A stretch of 64,000 nucleotides of DNA from Thermoanaerobaculia bacterium (lineage in GTDB: Bacteria > Acidobacteriota > Thermoanaerobaculia > Multivoradales > UBA5704): assembly GCA_044226625.1 (NCBI GenBank), contig JBGAGQ010000017.1, positions 23,978 to 87,977 on the forward strand, given 5' to 3'. The notes beneath the pieces are model-generated. The model was not told where the DNA came from, made no database searches, and saw only the letters and a program-made list of their open reading frames with translations. Below are positions 17,512-26,484 of this stretch, piece after piece. Each line of letters opens with the position of its first letter. Within the stretch, counting starts at the first letter, position 1. The position numbers and the translations under genes are program-made.

Positions 17512-18396
17512 ATGAGCGTCGACAGCTTCCGCTTTGCCTCGCCGTTGATCAAGCGGTACTACCAGATGAGCCGGGTGACGAGGGAGCTGCCGATTCCTTT
17601 CACACGGCCGAGAAAGCCCATCTCTGAAAGTCGGATCTCGCTCGTCACGACGGGGGGCCTCTACCGCCGTGGCCATGACGAGCCGTTCGATCAAGACCGC
17701 GAGCGGCGCGAGCCGGCGTGGGGCGATCCGAGCTACCGCGCGATCCCGACCGACGTCGACTTGGCGGAGCTCGCGGTGGGCCATCTCCACATCAACCCGG
17801 ACGACCCCTCCGCCGATCCGAACATCCTCCTTCCGATCGACCGGATCAAGGAGCTCGTTGCGGACGGCAAAGTCGGCAGCCTCGGCGCCCGCGCCTACTC
17901 ATTCATGGGATACCAGGGCTTTCCCGCCGATCCTTCCGGTTGGAAGAAGATCTATGGACCGGAGGTGCTCGCGGCGCTCCAGGCCGATCGCGTGGACGCC
18001 CTCCTGCTCACCTCGGCCTGACTGGAGTGCGCGGCCAACGTGCCCGTGTTGGCACGTCTGTTCGAAGGCGGGGGGATCGCCACGGTCGTCGTGACCAACA
18101 TGCCCTTCTGGGCCGAACGGGTCGGAACCCCGCGAACGCTCGCCGTCGAGTTTCCTTTCGGTCACCCGCTCGGCGGCACGCACGATCGAGAGATGCAGCG
18201 GCGGGTGATCCTGGCGGCGCTCGAGCTCATCGAGCGAGCGAGCGCGCCGGGGGAGATCGAAGAGTTTCCGGAGAAGTGGGGCGGCTCGGTCGCCGAAGGG
18301 CGACGGATCTCCGAGCCGCGAATCCCCGCGCCGATCACCGCCCAGATGGGGCGCCACATCGGCGCGTTCCTGCGCGGCATGCGGCGTTCGGCCTGA
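17512..18396 (+). CDS. GrdB/PrdB-family (glycine/sarcosine/betaine/proline reductase component B-like) selenoprotein (Sec at TGA 18019..18021)
   Basis: Track ORFs 17512..18021 and 18040..18396 are in the same frame, separated only by TGA 18019. Read-through gives VDALLLTSA-U-LEC-AANVPVLARLFEGGGIATVVV and EFPFGHPLGG. This parallels the GrdB LTSTU-GTC...ERAGIPVV...PHPLGNP layout. Confidence 0.75.
18034..18053 (+). promoter_or_regulatory. SECIS-like hairpin for UGA 18019
   Basis: GCCAAC-GUGCCCGU-GUUGGC, a 6-bp stem beginning 12 nt after the UGA. The loop starts with G-U. Confidence 0.5.
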
Positions 18397-18490
18397 AGCG
18401 CGGCTTCGACTTCTCGCGGACGTTCGAGGCATCGATTGCGTATATCTCGGTACATTCGGGTTTTCCTGAGACTCCTTCCGGGGTGAGACG

Positions 18491-21199
18491 ATGAAAGTCA
18501 CCTTCGCGTATGCCGCCTTCGTGCGCCGATTCCTCTTTGCCTTCTCGTTCCTCTTCTTCTGCGGCGCCACGCTTCTCGTTCCTTTCGCCCGCGCCGTTTC
18601 CGGCGCGGCCAGCTCATCCCTTTCCGTGGAGCCGGTGGCGGACCTCGGCCCCCGGCCGGCGATTTCCCTGCGGACTTTGCCGCGGGGCGCGGTGCGAGTC
18701 GGGGACCGGATCTTCTTCTTCGCCTCGGACGAGGTATCACGTTCGGAGCTCTGGACCACCGACGGAACGCAGACGGGCACGCGGCGAGTCCTGGACGTCT
18801 CCGCCCTGGGAGTCGATTCCTCGATCGTCAGCGGGTCCGGACTGGTGGCGGCGCAAGGAAGGGCCTACTTTCAAACCCTCGATCCGCTCGCGGGCTTGCG
18901 GATCTGGAGGAGCGACGGCTCGCGAGAGGGGACGGTGCCGTTCTTCTCGTTGGATCTCTTCGATGACTTGGAACAGGCGCAGCCGCCGGAAGTCGTGACA
19001 GCGGCGTTGGGTCGTGATCTCCTATTCCTGAGGACGGGCGAGGAAGGGTTGTGGGACCTGTGGCGCACCGACGGCTCGCCGTCCGGGACTCGCCGTCTGG
19101 TGTCGCTGCCGGCTCCGTCGGCCTCGAGCTCCGGTGGGAGCCAGTTCTTTGAGGCGAAAGGGCGCGCGTATTTCGCGTTGCAAGATCAGTTCTCGACGGT
19201 GACGGATCTGTGGACGACCGCCGGAACGGCGGCCGGCACGGTTCGGCTCGCTTCCGTCCCTTCGCTACCGTCGGCACCGCGCCAGCCGGTCGCCGTGGGG
19301 GGGCGTCTCTTCTTCATCGGTTTCGAAGCGGATCACGGATTCGAGCTTTGGACCTCCGACGGCTCGCCCGCGGGTACGCGGATCGTCCGCGATCTGACGC
19401 CGGGACGGCGCAGAACGTTCTTCGAGCAGTTCTTTCCAGGACGGCGCGCCCTCTATTTCACCCTGTCAACGCCGAGCGGAAGGGAGCTTTGGCGGAGCGA
19501 CGGCAGCGAAGCCGGCACTTCCCGCCTGTCGACGGTCGACGGCACATTCGCCACACCCGCCGCGGAGGTCGAGGGCTCGCTGCTGTTCTTTCAGGCCGGC
19601 ACGCTCTGGCGCGCGCGCGGGACGGGCTCACCCCAACGTCTCGCACCGCGCCTCGATCCGTGCGGCCCGTCGGTCCTGGCCGCGGGCCGGTTCGAATTCT
19701 TCGCCGACGACGGCGCACGCGGCTGCCGTCTCTGGCGGAGCGACGGCACCGCCGGGGGTACCGTCCCGGCGGTCGCTTCACCAACCGATGCGTCGGAGGG
19801 GACGCTGGTCGCGCTCGAAGATCGTTTGGTCCTCTTCTCTCCCAACCTGTCGGAAATCCAGGTGATCGCCGGGGACCGCGTCATCCCGCTCCGGCGTCCG
19901 CGGGCCGAGCTTCGGTCGGGCGCCCCGACGTTCCTGGTCCCTTGGCAGGGCGGCATCGCCTTCGCGGCGAACGGCACGTCCCGTCGCGCGATCTACCGCT
20001 CCAACGGCACGGCGACGGGAACCCTTCCGATCGCCTCCGGGGACCTCTGGTCGCCGCTCTTCCTCGGTCTGCCTAGCGACCTCATTCCGCTGGGTGAAAA
20101 CCTCGCGTACCTGTCGCTCGATGGAGTCGGGTCTTCCGGTTCTTCACTTTCGGATACGAACCCAAAGCAGCTCGACGGCTATCCGGTCGGCGCCGCTCAT
20201 GACGGGCGCGTGCTCTTTTCCTTCGCCGGCCGCGCCTATTGGCTCACGCTCTCGGCCGACGGCCGCGACGTCGAGTTGCGAAGCACCGATGGCACGGAGG
20301 CGGGAACGGCGACCGTGAGCCGCCTCTTCGACGCGCCCGTCTCGCCGTTCGGTGGCGTGACCTACGTGCCCGATTTCTTCGTCGTCCGAGCTGAGCGCTA
20401 CCTCGCCTTCTTTTTCCCGGTCAACCCCAACGAGGTGTGGACGACCGACGGTACGGCGGCCGGTACGCGGAAAGCGGTTCGCCTCGACGGGCTCCACGAC
20501 GGCTTTCTGCACGCCGGGGTGGCGTTCGGCGACGGGATGCTGTTCTCGACTTGGGCGACCCAATCGCAACCTCGGATCTGGCTCACCGACGACTCGGCCC
20601 AAGGCGCTCATCCGATCGACAACTTGGCTATCCATTCCCTCGATCAGCGCCTGACTGCCGTGGGCCGCCTCGCGTTCTTCACCGCGAGGGATGGGGGAGG
20701 GGTGGAGCTTTGGGCGACCGATGGAACACCTTCGGGAGCTCATCGGGTTCGCGACATCGCGTCCGGGCGGCGCGGCTCGTATCCGCGCGACCTGACCGCC
20801 GTGGGCGATCGGCTGTTCTTCACCGCCGACGACGGAGCTTCCGGCCGCGAGCTCTGGTCGAGCGACGGCACGGCCGCGGGGACCGTCCGAGTCGCCGATC
20901 TGGTTCCCGGCCCCGGGGGCTCCTTCCCGCAAAAGCTGGCGGCCGTTTTGACCGAAGGTCCCGCCCCCGTGCTCGCCTTCGCGGCGAACGACGGCGTTCA
21001 CGGCCTGGAGCCCTGGCTCCTCGAAGCCGACGGAACGAGCGTCCGAATGTTGGCGGACGTGGCCCCCGGCTTCACCTCTTCGAGCCCGGCGGAATTCCTT
21101 TCCGTAGGCGCTCACCTCTATTTTGCCGCCACGACGCGTGCCACGGGACGGGAGCTTTGGAAGGCGACGCTCCAAGACCCTGAAAACACAACGCCTTAG
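18491..21199 (+). CDS. Secreted ELWxxDGT-repeat protein
   Basis: 902 aa. N-terminal signal-like hydrophobic region. About 15 copies of the (E)LWxxDG(T/S)xxGT motif (ELWTTDGTQTGT, ELWTSDGSPAGT, ELWATDGTPSGA, ELWSSDGTAAGT and others). Confidence 0.85.
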   Translation: MKVTFAYAAFVRRFLFAFSFLFFCGATLLVPFARAVSGAASSSLSVEPVADLGPRPAISLRTLPRGAVRVGDRIFFFASDEVSRSELWTTDGTQTGTRRVLDVSALGVDSSIVSGSGLVAAQGRAYFQTLDPLAGLRIWRSDGSREGTVPFFSLDLFDDLEQAQPPEVVTAALGRDLLFLRTGEEGLWDLWRTDGSPSGTRRLVSLPAPSASSSGGSQFFEAKGRAYFALQDQFSTVTDLWTTAGTAAGTVRLASVPSLPSAPRQPVAVGGRLFFIGFEADHGFELWTSDGSPAGTRIVRDLTPGRRRTFFEQFFPGRRALYFTLSTPSGRELWRSDGSEAGTSRLSTVDGTFATPAAEVEGSLLFFQAGTLWRARGTGSPQRLAPRLDPCGPSVLAAGRFEFFADDGARGCRLWRSDGTAGGTVPAVASPTDASEGTLVALEDRLVLFSPNLSEIQVIAGDRVIPLRRPRAELRSGAPTFLVPWQGGIAFAANGTSRRAIYRSNGTATGTLPIASGDLWSPLFLGLPSDLIPLGENLAYLSLDGVGSSGSSLSDTNPKQLDGYPVGAAHDGRVLFSFAGRAYWLTLSADGRDVELRSTDGTEAGTATVSRLFDAPVSPFGGVTYVPDFFVVRAERYLAFFFPVNPNEVWTTDGTAAGTRKAVRLDGLHDGFLHAGVAFGDGMLFSTWATQSQPRIWLTDDSAQGAHPIDNLAIHSLDQRLTAVGRLAFFTARDGGGVELWATDGTPSGAHRVRDIASGRRGSYPRDLTAVGDRLFFTADDGASGRELWSSDGTAAGTVRVADLVPGPGGSFPQKLAAVLTEGPAPVLAFAANDGVHGLEPWLLEADGTSVRMLADVAPGFTSSSPAEFLSVGAHLYFAATTRATGRELWKATLQDPENTTP

Positions 21200-21380
21200 A
21201 AATGGGGACGGGGGCCTGACCGCGTTTTCAAGGCGCCATGGCATGAAGGCTGCACTTTATCGAGGGCGGAACCGGCCCCCGAGAGGGTCGGACATGAATC
21301 CAAACGAAGGCCGCGGTTCCCATTGCTTGCGATTCGGAGATTTCGTTGCGAGCTGCGGTCGAGAGAAAAGGAGACATGGC

Positions 21381-21788
21381 ATGCGAACCCTGAAATCGAC
21401 ACTTTACGTACTTGGTACGGCGGCGTTGCTTACGCTTCCGTTGCAGGCCAACGCGGCGGCGGCCCCTCCGATGAAGACTCCTCCCGCGACCACGGCACCT
21501 GCGGCGCCGGCGGAGAACGTCCAAACCTGGACCGGCTGGATCACCGACAACTGCGACGGCGTGCATGGCGCGTCGGCCGACAACACCAAGGCGAAGGTTC
21601 AGGGTTGCAAGGAACGCGGCGGTCGCGTGGTGTTCTACAACCTCTCGGACAAGCGTTTCTACGATCTCGACAATCTCGACCTCGCGCTGGACAACGTCGG
21701 TCACCTGGTGACCGTGAAGGGAGTCCGGGACTACAACCTGATCAAGGTCGACTCGATCGTTCCGGACGGCGCGCAGAATCCAAGCTAA
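21381..21788 (+). CDS. Small secreted hypothetical protein (135 aa)
   Basis: Track ORF 21123..21788 trimmed to ATG 21381, preceded by AAAGGAGA. Signal peptide MRTLKSTLYVLGTAALLTLPLQANA. Followed by a strong intrinsic terminator. Confidence 0.6.
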   Translation: MRTLKSTLYVLGTAALLTLPLQANAAAAPPMKTPPATTAPAAPAENVQTWTGWITDNCDGVHGASADNTKAKVQGCKERGGRVVFYNLSDKRFYDLDNLDLALDNVGHLVTVKGVRDYNLIKVDSIVPDGAQNPS

Positions 21789-21828
21789 CGAGCTTCCCGG
21801 CCGGTTAACCGGCTCTCCTCCCCGCTCC

Positions 21829-21863
21829 GCGCGGTGCCTCCCCTCCGGCACCGCGCTTTTTTT
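21829..21863 (+). terminator. Rho-independent terminator
   Basis: gcgcggtgcc / ggcaccgcgc perfect 10-bp stem with an 8-nt loop, followed by TTTTTTT. Confidence 0.8.
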
Positions 21864-22001
21864 AGGCCCCTTTCCAGCGCAAGCGCTTCTTCGCGTTCGT
21901 GCTATCCTCCCCGCACTACTTTCGGTAGAGCTTTTCGGATCCCTCGTCCTTCTCGACGCCCGCTCGGGCGCCAAGGTTGGAGATTTCCTGGGAGGTCTGC
22001 G

Positions 22002-25000
22002 ATGGCGTTCAAGCGGTGGCTCTGGTCCGTCTTCTTTCCGCTGTTCGTCGCCTTGACGCTTCCCGCGTTCGGGCCGGTCACCGAGGTCGGCGCGCAGCCC
22101 GCGATTCCCTCGGGCGACATCTGCTCGGCGGACCTCCCGCTTCCCAGCGCTTTTCCCGCGAACAAGTCGGAGTACGAGATCATCCTCGGCCGCTTTTTCC
22201 GGGCGAAGTGTTACGAGAAGCTCGGTTGGCCGCACGATAAGCAGTTGCGGCCCACAGGGCCGACGGTGGCGGCGCTCGCCGCCGGAACGACCGATCCTCA
22301 CATGCCGCCCGCCTGGCAGACGACCACGCTCGGCACCCACACCACCGTGGTCATCTACTACTCGCCGGACGTCTTTCGCTGGATGTGCGAGACCGAGGCG
22401 CGGCACGATCCGAAATTCGTCGCCCAGTGCAAGGTGCGCTGCCCGACCTGCAGGCTCGAATCGGAAGGTACGGTTGCGCCGATCGCGCCGATCGCCGACG
22501 GCTCGATGATCATCAAGCTGATGTACGGCGCGACATCGGCCGAGGATCTCGAGAACCCGCAGGTGCCGACCGGCGAGGCGAACATGTTCGCCCACATGGT
22601 CAAAGACGCGAAGGCCTCGAAGGACGGTTGGTTCTGGGGCAACTGGGATCCGCAGGCGACCGAGTTCTCGCAGCTCGACTGGCCGCCGCCGGTGAACCTG
22701 CCGTATCCGTGGATGGGCTTCGGCTACTACTGCATGAACTGCCACGCCTCGGCCAAAGCCGAGTCGACGTTCTCGGATCTCAACAACGTGCTCGGCGACC
22801 CGGACACGTTCACCAAGTTCTATTTCCAGGACCAGCCGCCGATTCCTACGGTCGGGGCCAAAGAGCCGCCACCGATCGAGATGAAGTCGGCGCACGAGCG
22901 GTTCGAGGCGCTCCAGAACCTTCAGGCGCTCGGCACCGGCCCGCTGTGGAACGAGGTTCCCTGGCCGAACTCGGCGGTCAACCGGGTGAGCCAGCCCTCT
23001 TCGACCTATCGGCAGAGCTTCCTTTCGACCTACGGCGCGAAGCGGATCGTGCCTCCCGATTCGAAGACGATCCTGCCGCTCTACATGCCGCCTGAAGTTT
23101 ACGACCACCGATTCCCCGGGCCCGTGGCGCCGCCGCCGTTCATGACCTCCGATCAGTGCGTCGGCTGCCACGCGGCGGGCTCGACCGGTATCCACTTCGA
23201 CATGACGGTCCAGAAGCCCGATCAGCCGGCGTTCACCAACCTGGTGAACATCGCCGAATACGGCGAGTGGCGCAGCTCGCCGATGGGGCTCGGTGGGCGC
23301 GATCCGATCTTCTTTTCCCAGCTCGAAACGGAGCAGGCGGCGCACCCCGCGCTCGCGAAGCTCGCGCCCGACCTCTGCCTCCATTGCCACGGCGTCATGG
23401 GGCAGCGGCAGTTCTGCCTCGACCAGTTCCCCGACCGCGAGAAAGGGAACGCCGTCTGCAACAACACGGACCTCCTGGGGTTGAACCAGGACTCGCAGCC
23501 GATCGTGCCGCGGCGCCTGTTCACGCGCGAGCAGGTGAACGCCATCCCGTTCCGGGCGAAGACCGAACAGGACTTGCAGAACGCCAAATACGGCGGTCTC
23601 GCGCGCGACGGGATTTCGTGCACCACCTGCCACCACATCGAGATCGATCCGAAGACTCCCATCGGCCACACCTTCACCGGCGATTTCCGGACCGGTCCGG
23701 ACGACGTCCTCCACGGGCCGTTCGACAAGCCGCAGCAGGTGCCGATGGATCACACGCTCGGCAGCAAGCCGATCGAGTACCCGCTGATCCGCTCGTCGAA
23801 AGTCTGCGGTAGCTGCCACAGCGTCGTGCTCCCCGTGTTCGACGGCGACAAGCCGTGGGTGCGCCCCGGCGGCAAAAAGCCGGAGATCATCATCGAGCAG
23901 GCGACCTATCCGGAGTGGGTCTTCAGCGACTTCCGCGACGACGGGCCGACGCCGCGCTCCTGCCAGAGCTGCCACATGGCGTCCTCCTACCCGGGGCTGC
24001 CGTCGCCACTTACGAGCAAGATCGCCTCGATCCAAGAGGCGAGCAACATGCCGCAGACGGAGAACCGTCTTCCGCAGTCCGACATCGACCTCCAGCCGCG
24101 CTCGCCCTACGGCCGGCACACGCTGGTCGGTCTGAACGTCTTCTTCAACCAGTTCGCCCAGCAGTTCCCCGACATCCTCGGCATTCGGATTCAAGATCCG
24201 ATGCTCGGTGGCACCGGCATCGCGCCGCTCACCACCACCTACAACTCGATGATTCAGCAGGCGGACACGGGGACCGCGACGGCGGAGGTGACGGGCGTGC
24301 GGCAGACGGCGGATGCGCTCGTGGCGGACGTCAAAGTCACGAACCTCGCCGGGCACAAATTCCCCTCCGGCGTCGGCTTCCGTCGCGCGTTCCTGACCTT
24401 CGAGGTGCTCGATTCGGCGGGCAACGACCTTTGGATCTCCGGCCGCAGCACGGACGACGGCGTGATCGTCGGGCCGGACGGCTCGCCGATCGCGGGCGAG
24501 TTCATGTGGGGCAACGAGTGCACACCAGTCCCGGGCAAGGACCAGAAAACCCAGCCGCATTACGAGACGATCACCCGGCAGGATCAGGTCCAGATCTATC
24601 AGGAGCTGGTACGCGACCCGCGCGGCCGGCTCACCACGAGCTTCCTTTCGCTCGCGAACGAAGTGAAGGACAACCGCCTCCTACCGCGGGGCTGGACGCC
24701 GAGCGTCCAGCTGGCGGAGATGGACGGCCTCGGCAGCCCCAAGCTCTCCGCCGCGGCTCTCGTCCACCGCGTGCTCCCTGACCTGCCCGACGGCAAAGGC
24801 GGGACGGTCGACGACCCCTGGTACAAGCCGGTCTCTGAAGGGGGCAAAGGCGGGGGAGGGGACGAGCTGGTCTACGCCGTGCCGCTCAAGGATCTCAAAG
24901 GAACCGCGGTCTCCGTGCGCGTCACCCTCTACTACCAGTCGATTCCGCCGTTCTACCTCCAGGACCGCTTCTGCTCGACCCCGAACCGGCCGGACACCTC

Positions 25001-25157
25001 ACGCCTCTTCTTCCTCGCCGGGCACACGGACCTCTCCGGAACCCGGGCCGAAGGGTGGAAGCTCTCGGTGGTCTCGTCGGGGAGGGTGGCGGTGGAAACG
25101 AAGGCGGCGTCCGTCGAGCCTCCGCGAGAAGCGAGGCGTGGGGGTGGGAGTCGGTAG
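22002..25157 (+). CDS. Large secreted multiheme c-type cytochrome (six CxxCH)
   Basis: Track ORF 21834..25157 trimmed to ATG 22002 (GGGAGG RBS; signal peptide MAFKRWLWSVFFPLFVALTLPAFG). Heme motifs CMNCH, CVGCH, CLHCH, CTTCH, CGSCH, CQSCH. Confidence 0.85.
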   Translation: MAFKRWLWSVFFPLFVALTLPAFGPVTEVGAQPAIPSGDICSADLPLPSAFPANKSEYEIILGRFFRAKCYEKLGWPHDKQLRPTGPTVAALAAGTTDPHMPPAWQTTTLGTHTTVVIYYSPDVFRWMCETEARHDPKFVAQCKVRCPTCRLESEGTVAPIAPIADGSMIIKLMYGATSAEDLENPQVPTGEANMFAHMVKDAKASKDGWFWGNWDPQATEFSQLDWPPPVNLPYPWMGFGYYCMNCHASAKAESTFSDLNNVLGDPDTFTKFYFQDQPPIPTVGAKEPPPIEMKSAHERFEALQNLQALGTGPLWNEVPWPNSAVNRVSQPSSTYRQSFLSTYGAKRIVPPDSKTILPLYMPPEVYDHRFPGPVAPPPFMTSDQCVGCHAAGSTGIHFDMTVQKPDQPAFTNLVNIAEYGEWRSSPMGLGGRDPIFFSQLETEQAAHPALAKLAPDLCLHCHGVMGQRQFCLDQFPDREKGNAVCNNTDLLGLNQDSQPIVPRRLFTREQVNAIPFRAKTEQDLQNAKYGGLARDGISCTTCHHIEIDPKTPIGHTFTGDFRTGPDDVLHGPFDKPQQVPMDHTLGSKPIEYPLIRSSKVCGSCHSVVLPVFDGDKPWVRPGGKKPEIIIEQATYPEWVFSDFRDDGPTPRSCQSCHMASSYPGLPSPLTSKIASIQEASNMPQTENRLPQSDIDLQPRSPYGRHTLVGLNVFFNQFAQQFPDILGIRIQDPMLGGTGIAPLTTTYNSMIQQADTGTATAEVTGVRQTADALVADVKVTNLAGHKFPSGVGFRRAFLTFEVLDSAGNDLWISGRSTDDGVIVGPDGSPIAGEFMWGNECTPVPGKDQKTQPHYETITRQDQVQIYQELVRDPRGRLTTSFLSLANEVKDNRLLPRGWTPSVQLAEMDGLGSPKLSAAALVHRVLPDLPDGKGGTVDDPWYKPVSEGGKGGGGDELVYAVPLKDLKGTAVSVRVTLYYQSIPPFYLQDRFCSTPNRPDTSRLFFLAGHTDLSGTRAEGWKLSVVSSGRVAVETKAASVEPPREARRGGGSR

Positions 25158-25174
25158 GACCCGGAGTGGATCGT

Positions 25175-25198
25175 AGGGGCGGAGCTGCCTCCGCCCCT
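25175..25198 (+). terminator. GC-rich hairpin right after the cytochrome stop (terminator-like, no U-tract)
   Basis: aggggcggag / ctccgcccct 10-bp stem with loop ctgc. Confidence 0.4.
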
Positions 25199-25271
25199 CC
25201 TCCCGACGTAATCGATCGTTGGTTCGTCGGCGGCAGAGAGGCGCTGTCGGCGAGAGCTTCACGCGCAGCAT

Positions 25272-25519
25272 CGGCCCAACGGGCCGAAAGAATCCAGCCC
25301 AGGGCTGAGGCCGAAGGCCAATGCCCTGGGTGGAAAGGCATCAGGTGCGGCGGCCTGAAAGGCCGCTAGATCGATGGCGGCGAAAGGCCCACCCGCGGAG
25401 CGCGCAATTGCGCCCCGTCTAGCGGCCTTTCAGGCCGCGGGAATTTGTGGTCTTTCGGTCCCAGGGCATCGGCCTTCGGCCTCAGCCCTGGGCTAGATTC
25501 TGCCGGCCCGTTGGGCCGG
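25272..25519. repeat. Nested inverted repeat of about 250 bp built from small palindromes (REP/BIME- or MITE-like)
   Basis: Outer arms 25272..25330 and 25460..25519 are reverse complements apart from a few mismatches. Inner arms 25350..25370 and 25418..25438 are perfect (gcggcctgaaaggccgctaga / tctagcggcctttcaggccgc). Each arm carries its own mini-hairpins (cggccc-aac-gggccg, ggcc-gaa-ggcc, gcggcc-tgaaa-ggccgc). Confidence 0.85.
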
Positions 25520-25713
25520 TTCACTGCGGCCGACCCACGGCGTCGAGCCCGGCGTGATCCGTATCACGATGTCGTCGCCTTGGGCGATCTGCGGCCCGGA
25601 GGGCCCGTCCTGGCACCCCGCCGACGACCTGGTGCTGGCCGTGCTGTACAAGTTCCTCAAGGATTGCAGGGCTCTTGGCGGTGCACTCCGTTCGGACGGT
25701 GGGCGCGACGGCC

Positions 25714-26478
25714 TCAGCCGGAGAACAGCACGCTCAGGCAGGTGACGCTCCCCTCCGCCTTCTGAAGCTCCGAGACGTCGACGGTGACGATCTCCGCGCC
25801 ACGCTCGGCGAGGAGGTGGCGTGTGTGAGGGAAGCCCGCGGGGAGGAGTACGCGGTCGGCGAGTGTGAGGGTGTTTGCGCCCCACGGTTCGTCGTCGGGG
25901 AGCGCGACGACTTCTCCATGGAGAGTGGACGTGTCCACCCAAGCGGGATTCGCAAGGAAGAACCCGGCCGCGTAGGTGACTCCCGTCTTGAGGTGGAGGC
26001 AGTCGGTGAGCGGGACCGATACCACCGCATAACCGTACGGGCGAAGCGCCACGGCGAGCGCCTCGTGCGCCTCCGGATTGGTGCGGGCGGAGCGTCCGAC
26101 ATAGAGGGTTTTGCCGACCCGGAGGACGTCGCCCCCTTCGAGCCGTGCTTCCGGCGGCAGGTGGAGGAGCGGCCGGTAGCGGCCGACGGATTCAGCGACG
26201 CTTTCGACCTCGCCTTCGCGGCTCGGAGCGCCCGGGTGGCCGACGATCGCGAGCTCGTCCAGGACGACGATCGGATCTTCGACGAAGACCGCGTCGGGCT
26301 GGTCGGGGAGATCCGGGAGCCATTCGATCTCGTACCCCGCCGCCTCGAGCGCGGCGACGTACGCCCGATGTTGCGCGGCGGCCTTCGGCAGGTCGATCGA
26401 CTCACGGTTGCGAAACGAAAGCTCGCAGTCGGCGAGCGACCGGCTGACGGGACGGACGATCGCGTGAAGGCTCGTCAT
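25714..26478 (-). CDS. Dimethylarginine dimethylaminohydrolase / amidinotransferase-fold enzyme
   Basis: 254 aa. Typical DDAH layout (VRPVSRSLADCELSF..., AVFVEDP, GGDVLRVGKTLYVGRSARTN, C-terminal catalytic Cys in GSVTCLSVL). Confidence 0.85.
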   Translation of the reverse strand: MTSLHAIVRPVSRSLADCELSFRNRESIDLPKAAAQHRAYVAALEAAGYEIEWLPDLPDQPDAVFVEDPIVVLDELAIVGHPGAPSREGEVESVAESVGRYRPLLHLPPEARLEGGDVLRVGKTLYVGRSARTNPEAHEALAVALRPYGYAVVSVPLTDCLHLKTGVTYAAGFFLANPAWVDTSTLHGEVVALPDDEPWGANTLTLADRVLLPAGFPHTRHLLAERGAEIVTVDVSELQKAEGSVTCLSVLFSG

Positions 26479-26484
26479 CTCGAC

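Noticed and set aside
21228-24560. 1110-aa minus-strand ORF antisense to the cytochrome gene
   Set aside because: Low-complexity Arg/Pro-rich translation with no motifs. The opposite strand has six CxxCH motifs, a signal peptide and an RBS.
25497-25745. Possible small ORF or gene remnant (…PWAICGPEGPSWHPADDLVLAVLYKFLKDC…) with coding-like third-position GC periodicity
   Set aside because: No recognisable family and no RBS. The periodicity is equally compatible with the opposite strand, and the ORF overlaps the right arm of the inverted repeat and the DDAH 3' end. Coding status remains unsupported.
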